Below are positions 17,524 to 26,166 of a stretch of 26,166 bases of DNA, piece by piece (within the stretch, counting starts at the first letter, position 1; each line of letters begins with the position of its first letter). The notes beneath the pieces were generated by a model. It saw only the letters and a list, made by a program, of their open reading frames with translations. It did no database searches and was not told where the DNA came from. Source of the DNA: Leidyana gryllorum EB-2025a (lineage: Eukaryota > Protista > Apicomplexa); contig JBLWGC010000096.1 in assembly GCA_048772705.1 (NCBI GenBank), positions 1 to 26,166 of the forward strand, given 5' to 3'. The position numbers and the translations under genes are program-made.

Positions 17524-20154
17524 AGTTGAGTGATTGAGCGGTTCACCCTCTCTGTTAGTCCGTTCGTTTGTGGGTGATTGGCCGTGGACATGGCGAGATT
17601 GACTCCCAAGCTCTTCATCAGGCTTCGCCAAAACTCCGAGGTAAAGCGGGGATCACGATCGCTGATGATCCTGGTAGGAATCCCGTGTAACTTGGCGATA
17701 TTGTCCAGGAAGAGTTCTGCTGCCCCTTCCGCCGTGATCGTCTTGTTGCAAGCGAGTAGGCGGATGCGTCTTGTGAGCCGGTCGACCACTACCATGACGT
17801 AGTCTTTTCCGGTCTCGATGTCCATTGGCAATTCCATGAAGTCGATTCCCACCTCTTCCCAAGGGAAGAGAGGGTTTCGTAACGGATTCAGTAGACCGGC
17901 TGGGGCGTGGTTTCGCCTCTTAGCCCGTTGGCATATGTCGCAGGTGAGACAGTACCGTACCGCATCAGCATGTAGTCCACGCCAATTGAACATGGCTCGT
18001 ATTCTCGCCGCCGTCTTGTCCGGGCCGAGGTGGCCTGCCAAGCGCGTGTCATGGTTGTGTGAGATGATGTCTCGAATCAGGTGCGGGTCATTTGGTACTT
18101 CGATGGTACCGTCGTCTAGAATTGGCAAGCCTTCAATCCACTCCACTGGTCCGACTCGCCCGGCCTCGTCCTGTCGGGTAGCCCAAAGTGTGGTTAGGCG
18201 CTGTTCGATATTCTCCTCAGGCGGAGGGGCCTCCTCGGGACTCGATGTATCGATGACATTGCATGTGGGGCCTCGGCCCTGATGGGTCTTCCGGAGCAAC
18301 GGGCGACTTAACAAGTCGGCAATCAAATTGTTGACCCCTTTGATGTACTTGACGTCCAAATCAAATTCCGAGAGAACCATCATCCAGCGGACCTGACGGT
18401 CACTAAGGTGGGATTGTTTCAGGATATGTACCAATGGTTTATGGTCGGTTTGCACCACCGTTCGCCGTCCGAGTAGTAAGTGTCGCCAATGTCGGCATGC
18501 CTCGACGATGCTGAGGAGCTCTCGCTCGTGCGTGGCATATCGGCTTTCGGTCTCACTAAGGGTGCGGGAGAAGAACTCGATCGGTTTTGACCCTTCTGCG
18601 GTCGGCTGTTCCAGCACTGCCCCTATCGCGTAAGCACTAGCATCTGTGGAAACCCATAACTCTTCGCAAGATGCGGCGGGGTAGTGCAGCGTGGTGGCAT
18701 TGAGTAGCGCCTGTTTCAGATCGTCCAAGGCTCGTTCGGTTTCCGTTGTCCTCTGTATGGTCTCGCTCGGTTGCTTCAAACCTCTCGTGGCCGTGTATAG
18801 GGGTTGAGCTCGCTCTGCGAACCGTGGGATGAATCTTCTATAAAAGTTGAAGGCGCCCAAGATACTCTGAGTTTCCTTTAGGGTACTGGGGTGAGGTAAC
18901 GAGCGCAAGGTTTCCGTGTTCCGTGAGAGTGGTAGGATGCCATGTTCCGAGATCCGGTGGCCTATGTAATCCACTGTTTGTTGGAAAAAATGGGATTTGC
19001 GTTGGTGTACTACCAGCTGGTGTTGCTGCAGTCGGGTCAGGACGGCTCTGAGGTGTTCTTCATGTTCCCGGCGCGTTCTGGAGAAGACTAACACATCGTC
19101 GAGGTAAACAAATAAATATTCCCCTATCATCTCTCTGAACACCTGATGCATCAACTGCATGAAAGTGGCTGGTAAGGTGTTGAGACGCTCGTTCCATGCG
19201 GATTTGATGGTACCCGCTTTTCAGATCCAGGGTGCTGAACCAGGTAGAGCCCGCGAGTACTTGGAGCGCATCTTCCAGCGAGGGCATCGGGGATGCCACT
19301 CGGATGGAGGCTTGGTTCAACCGTCTGAAGTCGCAAACGAGGCGCGGTACTGAGGTATCCTTTTTTGGTACGAACAGGCATGGTGATGCCCATGTTGATG
19401 AGCTCGGTACGATCTTCCCGTTACGGAGCAGTTCGAGAATCTGGTTCTTCATCTCTCCAATGAATCGTTGTGGTATTCGGTACGGTGCCCGTACGAAGGG
19501 TTCACTCCGGGGGTCTCGCAACGTTATTTTATGATCCACGCCTTGTCTTCTCGGAGGAAATGGCAGTACGTCTACGAAGAGGTCCGCGAAGTCTTCCTCT
19601 ATCCATCTGGCGTATGTCGGGGCGTTTATTCGGCTTTCTAGGGCCATCAAGACCGTTGGGCCTACTTGTTCCCTTCCCTCCTCTAATCGGATCCACCCTC
19701 CGCCCGGTTTCGTGCGGGGGACTCTGAGCTTATGGTCCTCGAGAATGCATAGTTGTCCCTCTGCGTCCGCCGTGAGGGTAATGTTCAGTTGTGCGATGCT
19801 GCTTGTGGAAAGTATGAGGTCGTACGGTAGTGCCTTCAGGATCAGACAATTCACCAGTAAGCGTTGTCCGCGTTCTGTTTCGAGATAGATGGCGGTCTCC
19901 CCCATCGCTTGCGTTCGTGTGTCTCCGGCCGTGAGAATTCGTGCATTGTGAGGGTCAATCTGCAACCCCAGTTGCATCGTCGTCGTTAAGGAAACGCAAT
20001 TCGCGTTGCTTCCCGTATCAAGTAGGACGCAGGCTTCCATGGTTCGTCCCGAGTTGGGGTGGCTTATCAGCCACTTCGTCGTCACTGTTCGCGCTGGCCC
20101 TATTGCTGGTACACCTGGTCGTCGGGCCCCAACGCCAGCGTTTCCGGAAAATCC
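17524..20154 (-). pseudogene. pol: Element D pol, 5' piece (PR, RT with a ~65-bp frameshifting deletion at ~19172, RH, IN core)
   Basis: ORFs 19060..20085 and 17457..19160. The AFxTPWGLFEWxVMPNGLMNA segment present in A and F is missing. Confidence 0.92.
20090..20154 (-). promoter_or_regulatory. Putative -1 frameshift signal of D
   Basis: GGATTTT at 20154-20148 in gag register. Downstream GCTGG/CCAGC stem, and loop GGCCC complementary to a later GGGCC (possible pseudoknot). Confidence 0.82.
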
Positions 20155-21018
20155 TCCACTTCAGCTCCGTGTACGGTGAAGATTTGGGGTCCTTGCGGTC
20201 GTTGTGAGGATCGTTTCATCGTGTCCTTGGGGACCGGGCATTGGGCGTTTCGGTGCCCGGTGTTACCACAGTTATAGCATCGTCCTTCCGCAGTGCATTG
20301 GTCGTACGAGAATTGGTTTCGCTTTCCGACGAATTTCCCACGAGTCGGGGGATTCCGGCTCTGAATGGTGGCTATCATTGCGTGCTCTTGAATTGGATTA
20401 GTTGCCGCGTAAAGGAGAGCTCGTTGGCATATGTCCGCGAAGGATGCGTCGGCATGTGCTGCCAGGGCGACTCTTTCTTGTGTGGACAAGCCTCGGAAGA
20501 AGAATGCTACTGCTGTACTTTCCGTGACTGCCGGTCCACACCGGCGGCGTAGTGTGCGGTTTTGGGTCACATACTCCTTCATTGATCCTCGTTTGCGAAG
20601 GTCCGCCCATTTCGTGATATCGTTTTCGCCCGCATGTTCAGTAGCGAACTCCTTCAAGAATTCGTTTCGAAAGGTTGTCCAAGATGAATACTGGTTCGTA
20701 TCACTGCCGTTGACAAACCACTCTGCCGCAGATCCTGCGAGGTTTGCCCCGATTGCTGCTATTCTGTCCGTCGTTTCTTCGACTCCGTATGCCTTGAATT
20801 TTGCCTCACAAGACTCGATCCAGGAACGGGCGTCCGTAGCGTTGTCCCCCGTGAACTCCGTGGTCTTTTTCAAGGCTGTCATGGCCGTCTGGGAGGGGCT
20901 TGGCGATGCTGCGTGTTGCGTTGGTAAGTTTCGTTGTTCGTGCTCTGGGTTAACCTCTGATCTACTTGTCGTTGCCTGATCTATCCGTTCGCAGAGGCGG
21001 CTCATCATGTCCATCGTA
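20100..21018 (-). pseudogene. gag: Element D gag, 5'-truncated by the F insertion
   Basis: Clear homologue of A Gag (FTGD..ARSW, GSAAEWF, CYNCGNTGHRNAQC). Confidence 0.9.
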
Positions 21019-21377
21019 TGTAATGGCCATCGGTTCCGTGGGCGTTGTCGGTGAGTTCTCGGCCACTACGTAATTGCATCTTAGATACTTCGTTCGCAGG
21101 TTCAGTGGTCATGCCGGTCGGTTCGCACGTAATCAAAAAGGTGAGTTCACACGGTGATCTAACTGTGTGTCCCCCCCGTGTCTCCGGCCGGCCGGCCGGC
21201 GCGCCGGAGACACAGACACGATGAGGACGGACTGGCTTCGGTTGGACGTCGTCAAACGCCTCGGTGACGGAGTAGCCTTCCCCCGACGCTGGTGCCTTGG
21301 GTCGGTTCTAGCGTCGGGGCTCTATCGAGGAGGGGTGTTCGTTGCGACGATGTCGGCATTGGCTCTAAAGTGTTACA
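21019..21377 (-). repeat. Element F 3' LTR, 359 bp
   Basis: Terminal TGTAA/TTACA, PPT, central hairpin, and an ATG at 21112 opening a frame that ends TAC-A. Confidence 0.9.
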
Positions 21378-24300
21378 CCCCTCCCCCGCCACTTCCGTGT
21401 AGGGCGCGTTGGGGTGAGTCCGGTTCCAGTCGTGCTTGAACTGCTCGATGAGATCGTGTCCGTCACCGTCGAGGACCGCTCGGGCGGGTTCCCAGGTCGC
21501 ATCTCCTTCGGGGTAGCCCATCCACTTCACGAGATACTCGGCCTCCCCCGTGGTTGAGATGCGTTCGCCGAGGAGTCGCTCCATCATGAACAGCGGCGCC
21601 GATTCAGGTGGGGGCCGATTGGGGTCTGCGCTTGGTTGTTGGGAAGTCGTAGTAGGTCCATCCTGTGGATCTTGATGGAACGGTTCCAGCCGAGATACAT
21701 GGAACTTTGGATAGATGTTCCAGGTGGCCGGGCATTCGAGTGTGTAGGTGTCCCCACTATGGGCCGCGAGAACGGTGATGGGACCGAAGTACGGAAGGCG
21801 GAGTTTATGAGGAGGAAGATGGCGAAGGTTTTTTGTGGAAAGCAACACCTGGTCCCCCGGTTTGAATACCACAAGTCTGCGCCTCTTGTCGGCCTGTGCC
21901 TTCTGATGTAGTGAGGCTTGGTCAAGTCTGTCCCGAGCTTCTTGCAAGCGTTGTGCGAATAGTCTGAAGGTAAGCGAATGTTGGCTGGGAAGTACGTCAC
22001 GCGAGGGTAGGAAGTCGGGGCGTCCGGTATCTAGCTCAAAAGGGGAGGCCCTAGTGGAAGCGTGCCGTGCTGTGTTATATGCTATCTCAATCGTGGTCAA
22101 GTGTCGGCTCCAATGTTGTCCTATCCCTTGTAAGGTGCATCGCAGCAGTTGAAGTATCGCTCTATTGACACGTTCGACCATTCCATTCGTCTGGGGGTGG
22201 TACACTGTAGTCAAGGTCAGCCGAGCCCCCAGCTGTCTCATTAGAGAGGTCCACAATTCCGACGTGAATCGTGGGTCGCGGTCACTCAAGATCCGACGTG
22301 GTACTCCATGTAATTTCACGATGTTTTGGATGAAGAGTGAAGCAGCTTCCTCGGCGTTGATACTTTTGTGGCATGCCGTAAGACGAATGCGTCGGGTAAG
22401 TCGGTCTACGACAACCATGACGTAGTCTTGTGTGGTATCTGGATCCGCAGGTAATTCAAGGAAGTCTATCCCCACCTCCTCCCATGGGAATAGTGGGTTG
22501 CGGAGGGGGTTGAGCAGCCCGGCGGGGTGATGGTTCCGCCGTTTGGCCTTTTGACAGATTTCGCACAGATGGCAGTATTGGGAGACGTCTGCCTGGAGAC
22601 CTTTCCACTGGAAGAGCGTTCGTACCCGAGCGGCCGTTTTATCCGGCCCCAAGTGACCAGCTAATCGTGAGTCGTGGTTCATCGCTATAATGTCCTTAAT
22701 TAGGTCGGTTTCGGCGGGGACTAAGATTGTGCCGTCGGTGCCTATCGGTAAGCCGTCAATCCACTCTACGTCGGTCGGTAATGCAAGTTCGTCCTTTCGC
22801 TCTGCCCAGCTGCGTCTTAATCGTTGTTCGATTGGTTCTGGCTGGTTGATCGTGTATGTCTGAGCGCGGGCCGTCACGCTCCGTGGTGGTTGAGTGGTAA
22901 TAGGGCGGCTCAAAAGGTCCGCAATCAGATTGTTGACTCCTGGGATATATCGAATCTCTAGGTCTAGTTCAGCGAGAACTGTCATCCACCGAAGCTGTCG
23001 ATCGGAAAGGTGCGCTTGCTGTAACAGGTGGGTCAAGGGTTTGTGATCCGTCTGTATGATCACTTTTCGTCCGAGCAGTAAGTGTCTCCAATGGCGGCAG
23101 GCAGCTACGATCGCCAGCATTTCCCGTTCGTGGGTGGCGTATCGTGATTCGGTGTCCGTGAGGGTGCGGGAAAAGAACTCAATGGGTCGGCGTCCTTCTG
23201 GCTCCGGTTGCTCCAGCACCCCTCCCATCGCTACCGCACTGGCATCGGTGGTTACCCACAGCTCCTCGCAGTCTGCTCCAGGGAAGGCAAGGAGCGTGGC
23301 CTGGTGTAGTCCTTCGCGTAGTGCGTGAACGGCCGTGCTGATAGCTGGATCGTTCGGTAAGGGGGCGTTTGGTCCTTTTAAACCGTGGGTTGCGGCGTAG
23401 AGGGGGTGTGCGACGGTTGCAAAATTTGGGATGAATCTTCGATAGTAGTTGAAGGACCCGAGCAAACTTTGGGCTTCCCGCAGAGTGGTTGGTACGGATA
23501 TGGCCTTGATGGCTTCAATCCGTGTGGCCAACGGCATGATACCCGCTGCGGAAATCCTATGTCCTAAGTATTCCACTTCGTGTTGGAAGAAATGGGATTT
23601 GCGACGGTGAGCCACCAGTTGATGCTTCTTCAGTCGATCCAAAACTTTGCGCAGGTGACAGCGGTGATCTTCAAGCGTGCGTGAAAAGACCAGGACGTCA
23701 TCCAGGTAAATGAAGACGTATTCACCGACCATCTCGCTGAATACTTGGTGCATCAGTAGCATGAAAGTTGCGGGAGCGTTCATAAGGCCATTGGGCATAA
23801 CGGCCCACTCGAAGAGCCCCCATGGGGTCACAAACGCGGTAAGAGGACGGCTGTCCGGCGCCATGAGTACCTGGTGGTACCCACTCTTCAGATCCAAGGT
23901 GCTGAAAATGGTGGCTCCGGCGAGAACTTGCAACGCTTCATCCAAGGACGGCATCGGCGAGGCCACGCGGACGGTTGCCTGATTCAGTCTGCGGTAATCG
24001 CAAACAAGTCGGGGGACCGCTGTGTCCTTCTTGGGGACAAAAAGACATGGTGATGCCCACGAGGAGGAGCTGGGCACAATCTTCTCGGTTCGGACCAAGT
24101 CCAAAAGTTGGCCGCGCATCTCCTGTAAGTATCGCTGCGGAACCTTGTACGGCTGGCGTACATAGGGTGGCGCGTTGGGCTGATGGAGAGTGATCCGGTG
24201 ATCAATACCCGGACGTGTCGGGGGCATCGGTAAGTGGTCTCGGAATACCGATGGGAATTCCTCTTCGATCCATTTCTCATCTGGTGGTAGGTCAAGTGGT

Positions 24301-24821
24301 TGAGCGGGAACCGACGATTGAATGGCGTAGGTCACGGGTCGATCACCCGACTCCGGTCTAATCCAGCCTTCGTGAACAGCCGGCGGTGGTAAGTCCTGTC
24401 CTTCTACCACTCCGAGGGTGCCTTCCCTCGTACGTCCCAGTAGAAGCTTTAAGTTGAGAATCGTGGAAGTGGACACAATCAGGTCAAATTCCAGGTACGG
24501 GATCACAGCGCATGTGATCGGGAGTTGCTGTCCACGGACGGTTCGGATCGTGATTTCGGTTTCTCGGGAGCATTCGGTGTTGTCCGGGGATATCGTGCCT
24601 AGTTGCATTTGGCATCGGCGGGTGGTAAGTCGAAGTTTGTCCACGATTCGGGCGGCGAGGCAGTTGGTGTTACTGCCGGTATCCAATAGTACGTTTGCGG
24701 TGAGTTCGGTGTCGGAGCGCGGGTTGCGTATGGTCCATCGGACGGTGAGCGGCGGTGATGTCCCTACTGCAGTTCCTCCTGATCGGTCGACTCCTGGGCC
24801 GTCAGGGACTCGAGAAAATCC
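21252..24821 (-). CDS. pol: Element F Pol: PR, RT, RH, IN, chromodomain and LTR-encoded tail, uninterrupted
   Basis: ORF 21252..24686 is open upstream to the slippery site at 24821-24815. All catalytic motifs are present. Confidence 0.96.
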   Translation of the reverse strand, partial: GFSRVPDGPGVDRSGGTAVGTSPPLTVRWTIRNPRSDTELTANVLLDTGSNTNCLAARIVDKLRLTTRRCQMQLGTISPDNTECSRETEITIRTVRGQQLPITCAVIPYLEFDLIVSTSTILNLKLLLGRTREGTLGVVEGQDLPPPAVHEGWIRPESGDRPVTYAIQSSVPAQPLDLPPDEKWIEEEFPSVFRDHLPMPPTRPGIDHRITLHQPNAPPYVRQPYKVPQRYLQEMRGQLLDLVRTEKIVPSSSSWASPCLFVPKKDTAVPRLVCDYRRLNQATVRVASPMPSLDEALQVLAGATIFSTLDLKSGYHQVLMAPDSRPLTAFVTPWGLFEWAVMPNGLMNAPATFMLLMHQVFSEMVGEYVFIYLDDVLVFSRTLEDHRCHLRKVLDRLKKHQLVAHRRKSHFFQHEVEYLGHRISAAGIMPLATRIEAIKAISVPTTLREAQSLLGSFNYYRRFIPNFATVAHPLYAATHGLKGPNAPLPNDPAISTAVHALREGLHQATLLAFPGADCEELWVTTDASAVAMGGVLEQPEPEGRRPIEFFSRTLTDTESRYATHEREMLAIVAACRHWRHLLLGRKVIIQTDHKPLTHLLQQAHLSDRQLRWMTVLAELDLEIRYIPGVNNLIADLLSRPITTQPPRSVTARAQTYTINQPEPIEQRLRRSWAERKDELALPTDVEWIDGLPIGTDGTILVPAETDLIKDIIAMNHDSRLAGHLGPDKTAARVRTLFQWKGLQADVSQYCHLCEICQKAKRRNHHPAGLLNPLRNPLFPWEEVGIDFLELPADPDTTQDYVMVVVDRLTRRIRLTACHKSINAEEAASLFIQNIVKLHGVPRRILSDRDPRFTSELWTSLMRQLGARLTLTTVYHPQTNGMVERVNRAILQLLRCTLQGIGQHWSRHLTTIEIAYNTARHASTRASPFELDTGRPDFLPSRDVLPSQHSLTFRLFAQRLQEARDRLDQASLHQKAQADKRRRLVVFKPGDQVLLSTKNLRHLPPHKLRLPYFGPITVLAAHSGDTYTLECPATWNIYPKFHVSRLEPFHQDPQDGPTTTSQQPSADPNRPPPESAPLFMMERLLGERISTTGEAEYLVKWMGYPEGDATWEPARAVLDGDGHDLIEQFKHDWNRTHPNAPYTEVAGEGCNTLEPMPTSSQRTPLLDRAPTLEPTQGTSVGGRLLRHRGV

Positions 24822-25140
24822 GAGGAGTCGTGGGCCATAGTGGCGTACGTTCGTGGCTTGGCTCCCCGTGGTTTGGGGTCCTTCGGGTGCGGGCAGTCTG
24901 CGTTCCTGTGCGTCGTCTCTCCGCAGTTATAACATCTACCCTCGGCGGTACAGCGTTCGTGGGAGTACGGGCACTTGCGTCCCACGCTGCGAGGGGGTCG
25001 TTCCGGCCGGTTAGGCCCTGTGGTGTAGTTGACACGTGCAATGTTTCGTTGGTTTGGGTCATCGACCGTAGCGGCGTACATCATCGCTGCTTGGCAGATC
25101 TCATCGAAGCTTCGTTCGGCATGTGTGGCCAGCGCTTGAC
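24764..25140 (-). pseudogene. gag: Element F gag, 3' part
   Basis: QALATHAERSFDEICQAAMMY...CYNCGETTHRNADC, homologous to A and D. Confidence 0.88.
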
Positions 25141-26040
25141 TAGTTTGCCTGTAACCTTTGGTTCGGCGTTTCGGTCGGCTTCGATGGCTGTTGTGAGTGC
25201 TGTTTGCTTTTGGATTATGTGGTTTATGTGTGTTTATCGCTGCATTGTACTGTGTTTGCGTGTTTGCGAATGTTTAGCTTTCAATTCTCTACACGTTGCG
25301 GTTGCTGTAGCGTGCGCAAGTACGGTCTGATGTGGTGTGTATTGTGCTAATAAAAGACTGTGACGATATAGTTGTGTTGCTTAGTATGTTGACAGGTATC
25401 GTGCTTGTTATGTACTGATTTGTGAGACTATATGAGCTGGATATGCATGATTGTATGAGTGTATGGCGTGTATTTTGGTAACTGTGCTGTGATGTGGTGT
25501 GCTCAGTTTGCTAAAGTGAATATGGAGCAACTTGGAAGGTTATGTGTGAGTGATATTGGTTTAGATGGTTTGTCTGTTAGGGTGTGAGGGGTCTAGAGTG
25601 AGTTAGCGATTCGCTCGTTGATTGAGGGAGTATTTGTAGACGTATAAAAGCTTGTAATGCTAGATATAGGGGAATCAATGAGATTCAAGTTGAATTGAGA
25701 GTGTTGAGAAGAATGTCATGAGTCCAATGCGTATCGTGGACATTATGTATTGGAGTGAATGGGAATTTGTAAGAATATGCGGATGGAGTCAAGTTATGCA
25801 TAGGATTTGAGTGTTGATGCGGACGACATGAATTTGGCTAATGATAGGTAGGTTAATAGGAGTATATTGACAATTCTGATGTAGTTCGAGGTGTTGTAAG
25901 AGGGTGGTGGTCAGTTGTTTGCTATAAAACATTGAGAGAGTGTATATATGCTAAGAGTTATGAGTATTCGAATTGTTAGTGTACGAGCGGGATGTTAAGG
26001 CTGATATGTATGTTGAGTAATAGTGTGTGTGAAGAAGTAT
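25141..26040. other. C-poor, T/G/A-rich tract of unknown nature
   Basis: Loss of gag homology and strong C depletion on the + strand. No repeat unit or credible ORF. Confidence 0.6.
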
Positions 26041-26041
26041 T

Positions 26042-26161
26042 GATGGGGTGTGGGGAGCGCCCTTGTCGCTTCGCTCGGGCGCTTCCCCGTACCCATCTTT
26101 CTGCATTCAATGATTGAGCCACGGTGTAGTTGTCAACGCGTAATCATAGAAATGTAAAAGA
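26042..26161. other. Two adjacent imperfect inverted repeats
   Basis: GATGGG..GGGGAGCGCCC / GGGCGCTTCCCC..CCCATC (26042-26097), then TCTTTCTGCATTCAATGATT / AATCATAGAAATGTAAAAGA. Confidence 0.6.
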
Positions 26162-26166
26162 AGAGG

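Larger units (their letters stand above)
11796..21018 (-). mobile_element. Element D: chromovirus split by E and cut in gag by F
   Basis: The integrase reads RVNRSITQLL|RCTLHGL across the E insertion. 3' LTR at 11796-12103, PPT at 12104-12113. Confidence 0.94.
21019..25140 (-). mobile_element. Element F: chromovirus with intact pol; recognisable sequence stops within gag
   Basis: 3' LTR at 21019-21377 (TGTAAC...ATTACA), PPT at 21378-21387, pol, and the 3' end of gag. Confidence 0.94.

Noticed and set aside
20431-20979. Antisense and alternate-frame ORFs over gag/pol (e.g. 1068..1760, 9907..10485, 20431..20979, 24755..25330)
   Set aside because: Shadow ORFs of GC-rich coding sequence with no recognisable motifs.

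Overview
Eukaryotic, transposon-saturated window with no recognisable housekeeping gene. It is a nest of seven distinct Ty3/Gypsy LTR-retrotransposon insertions, five of which show a chromodomain (chromoviruses). They are: A (+, 96-5030, 5' LTR truncated); B (-, 6683-9495, internally deleted, TSD GTCCA); C (-, 9902-10980, 5' LTR plus gag fragment); solo LTR S (+, 10651-10918, inside the C LTR); D (-, 11796-21018, split by E and cut in gag by F); E (+, 12846-17519, full length); and F (-, 21019-~25140, intact pol). They are interleaved with two copies of an unidentified repeat 'U' that carries Pro/Ser-rich ORFs. The families share an unusual architecture. (1) Gag starts inside the LTR and reads through the LTR end and the 12-nt initiator-tRNA-type PBS (Y-T/I-G-S-S-A). 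(2) In A, D and F the integrase reads past the chromodomain and PPT into the 3' LTR, giving a conserved tail. (3) Both LTR-encoded peptides resemble viral nucleosome acidic-patch anchors (MQLRSGR vs LANA MRLRSGR; GGHHLRQR vs foamy Gag GGYNLRPR); this is inference. (4) All four gag-pol junctions carry an in-frame G_GAT_TTT -1 slippery site followed by a stem-loop. (5) Every LTR has a central GTCTC...GAGAC inverted repeat, usually enclosing a CCGG palindrome. The first ~95 nt and 25141-26040 may be sequence-quality artefacts, and several single-base indels look like long-read errors. All comparisons were made by eye and no database search was run.
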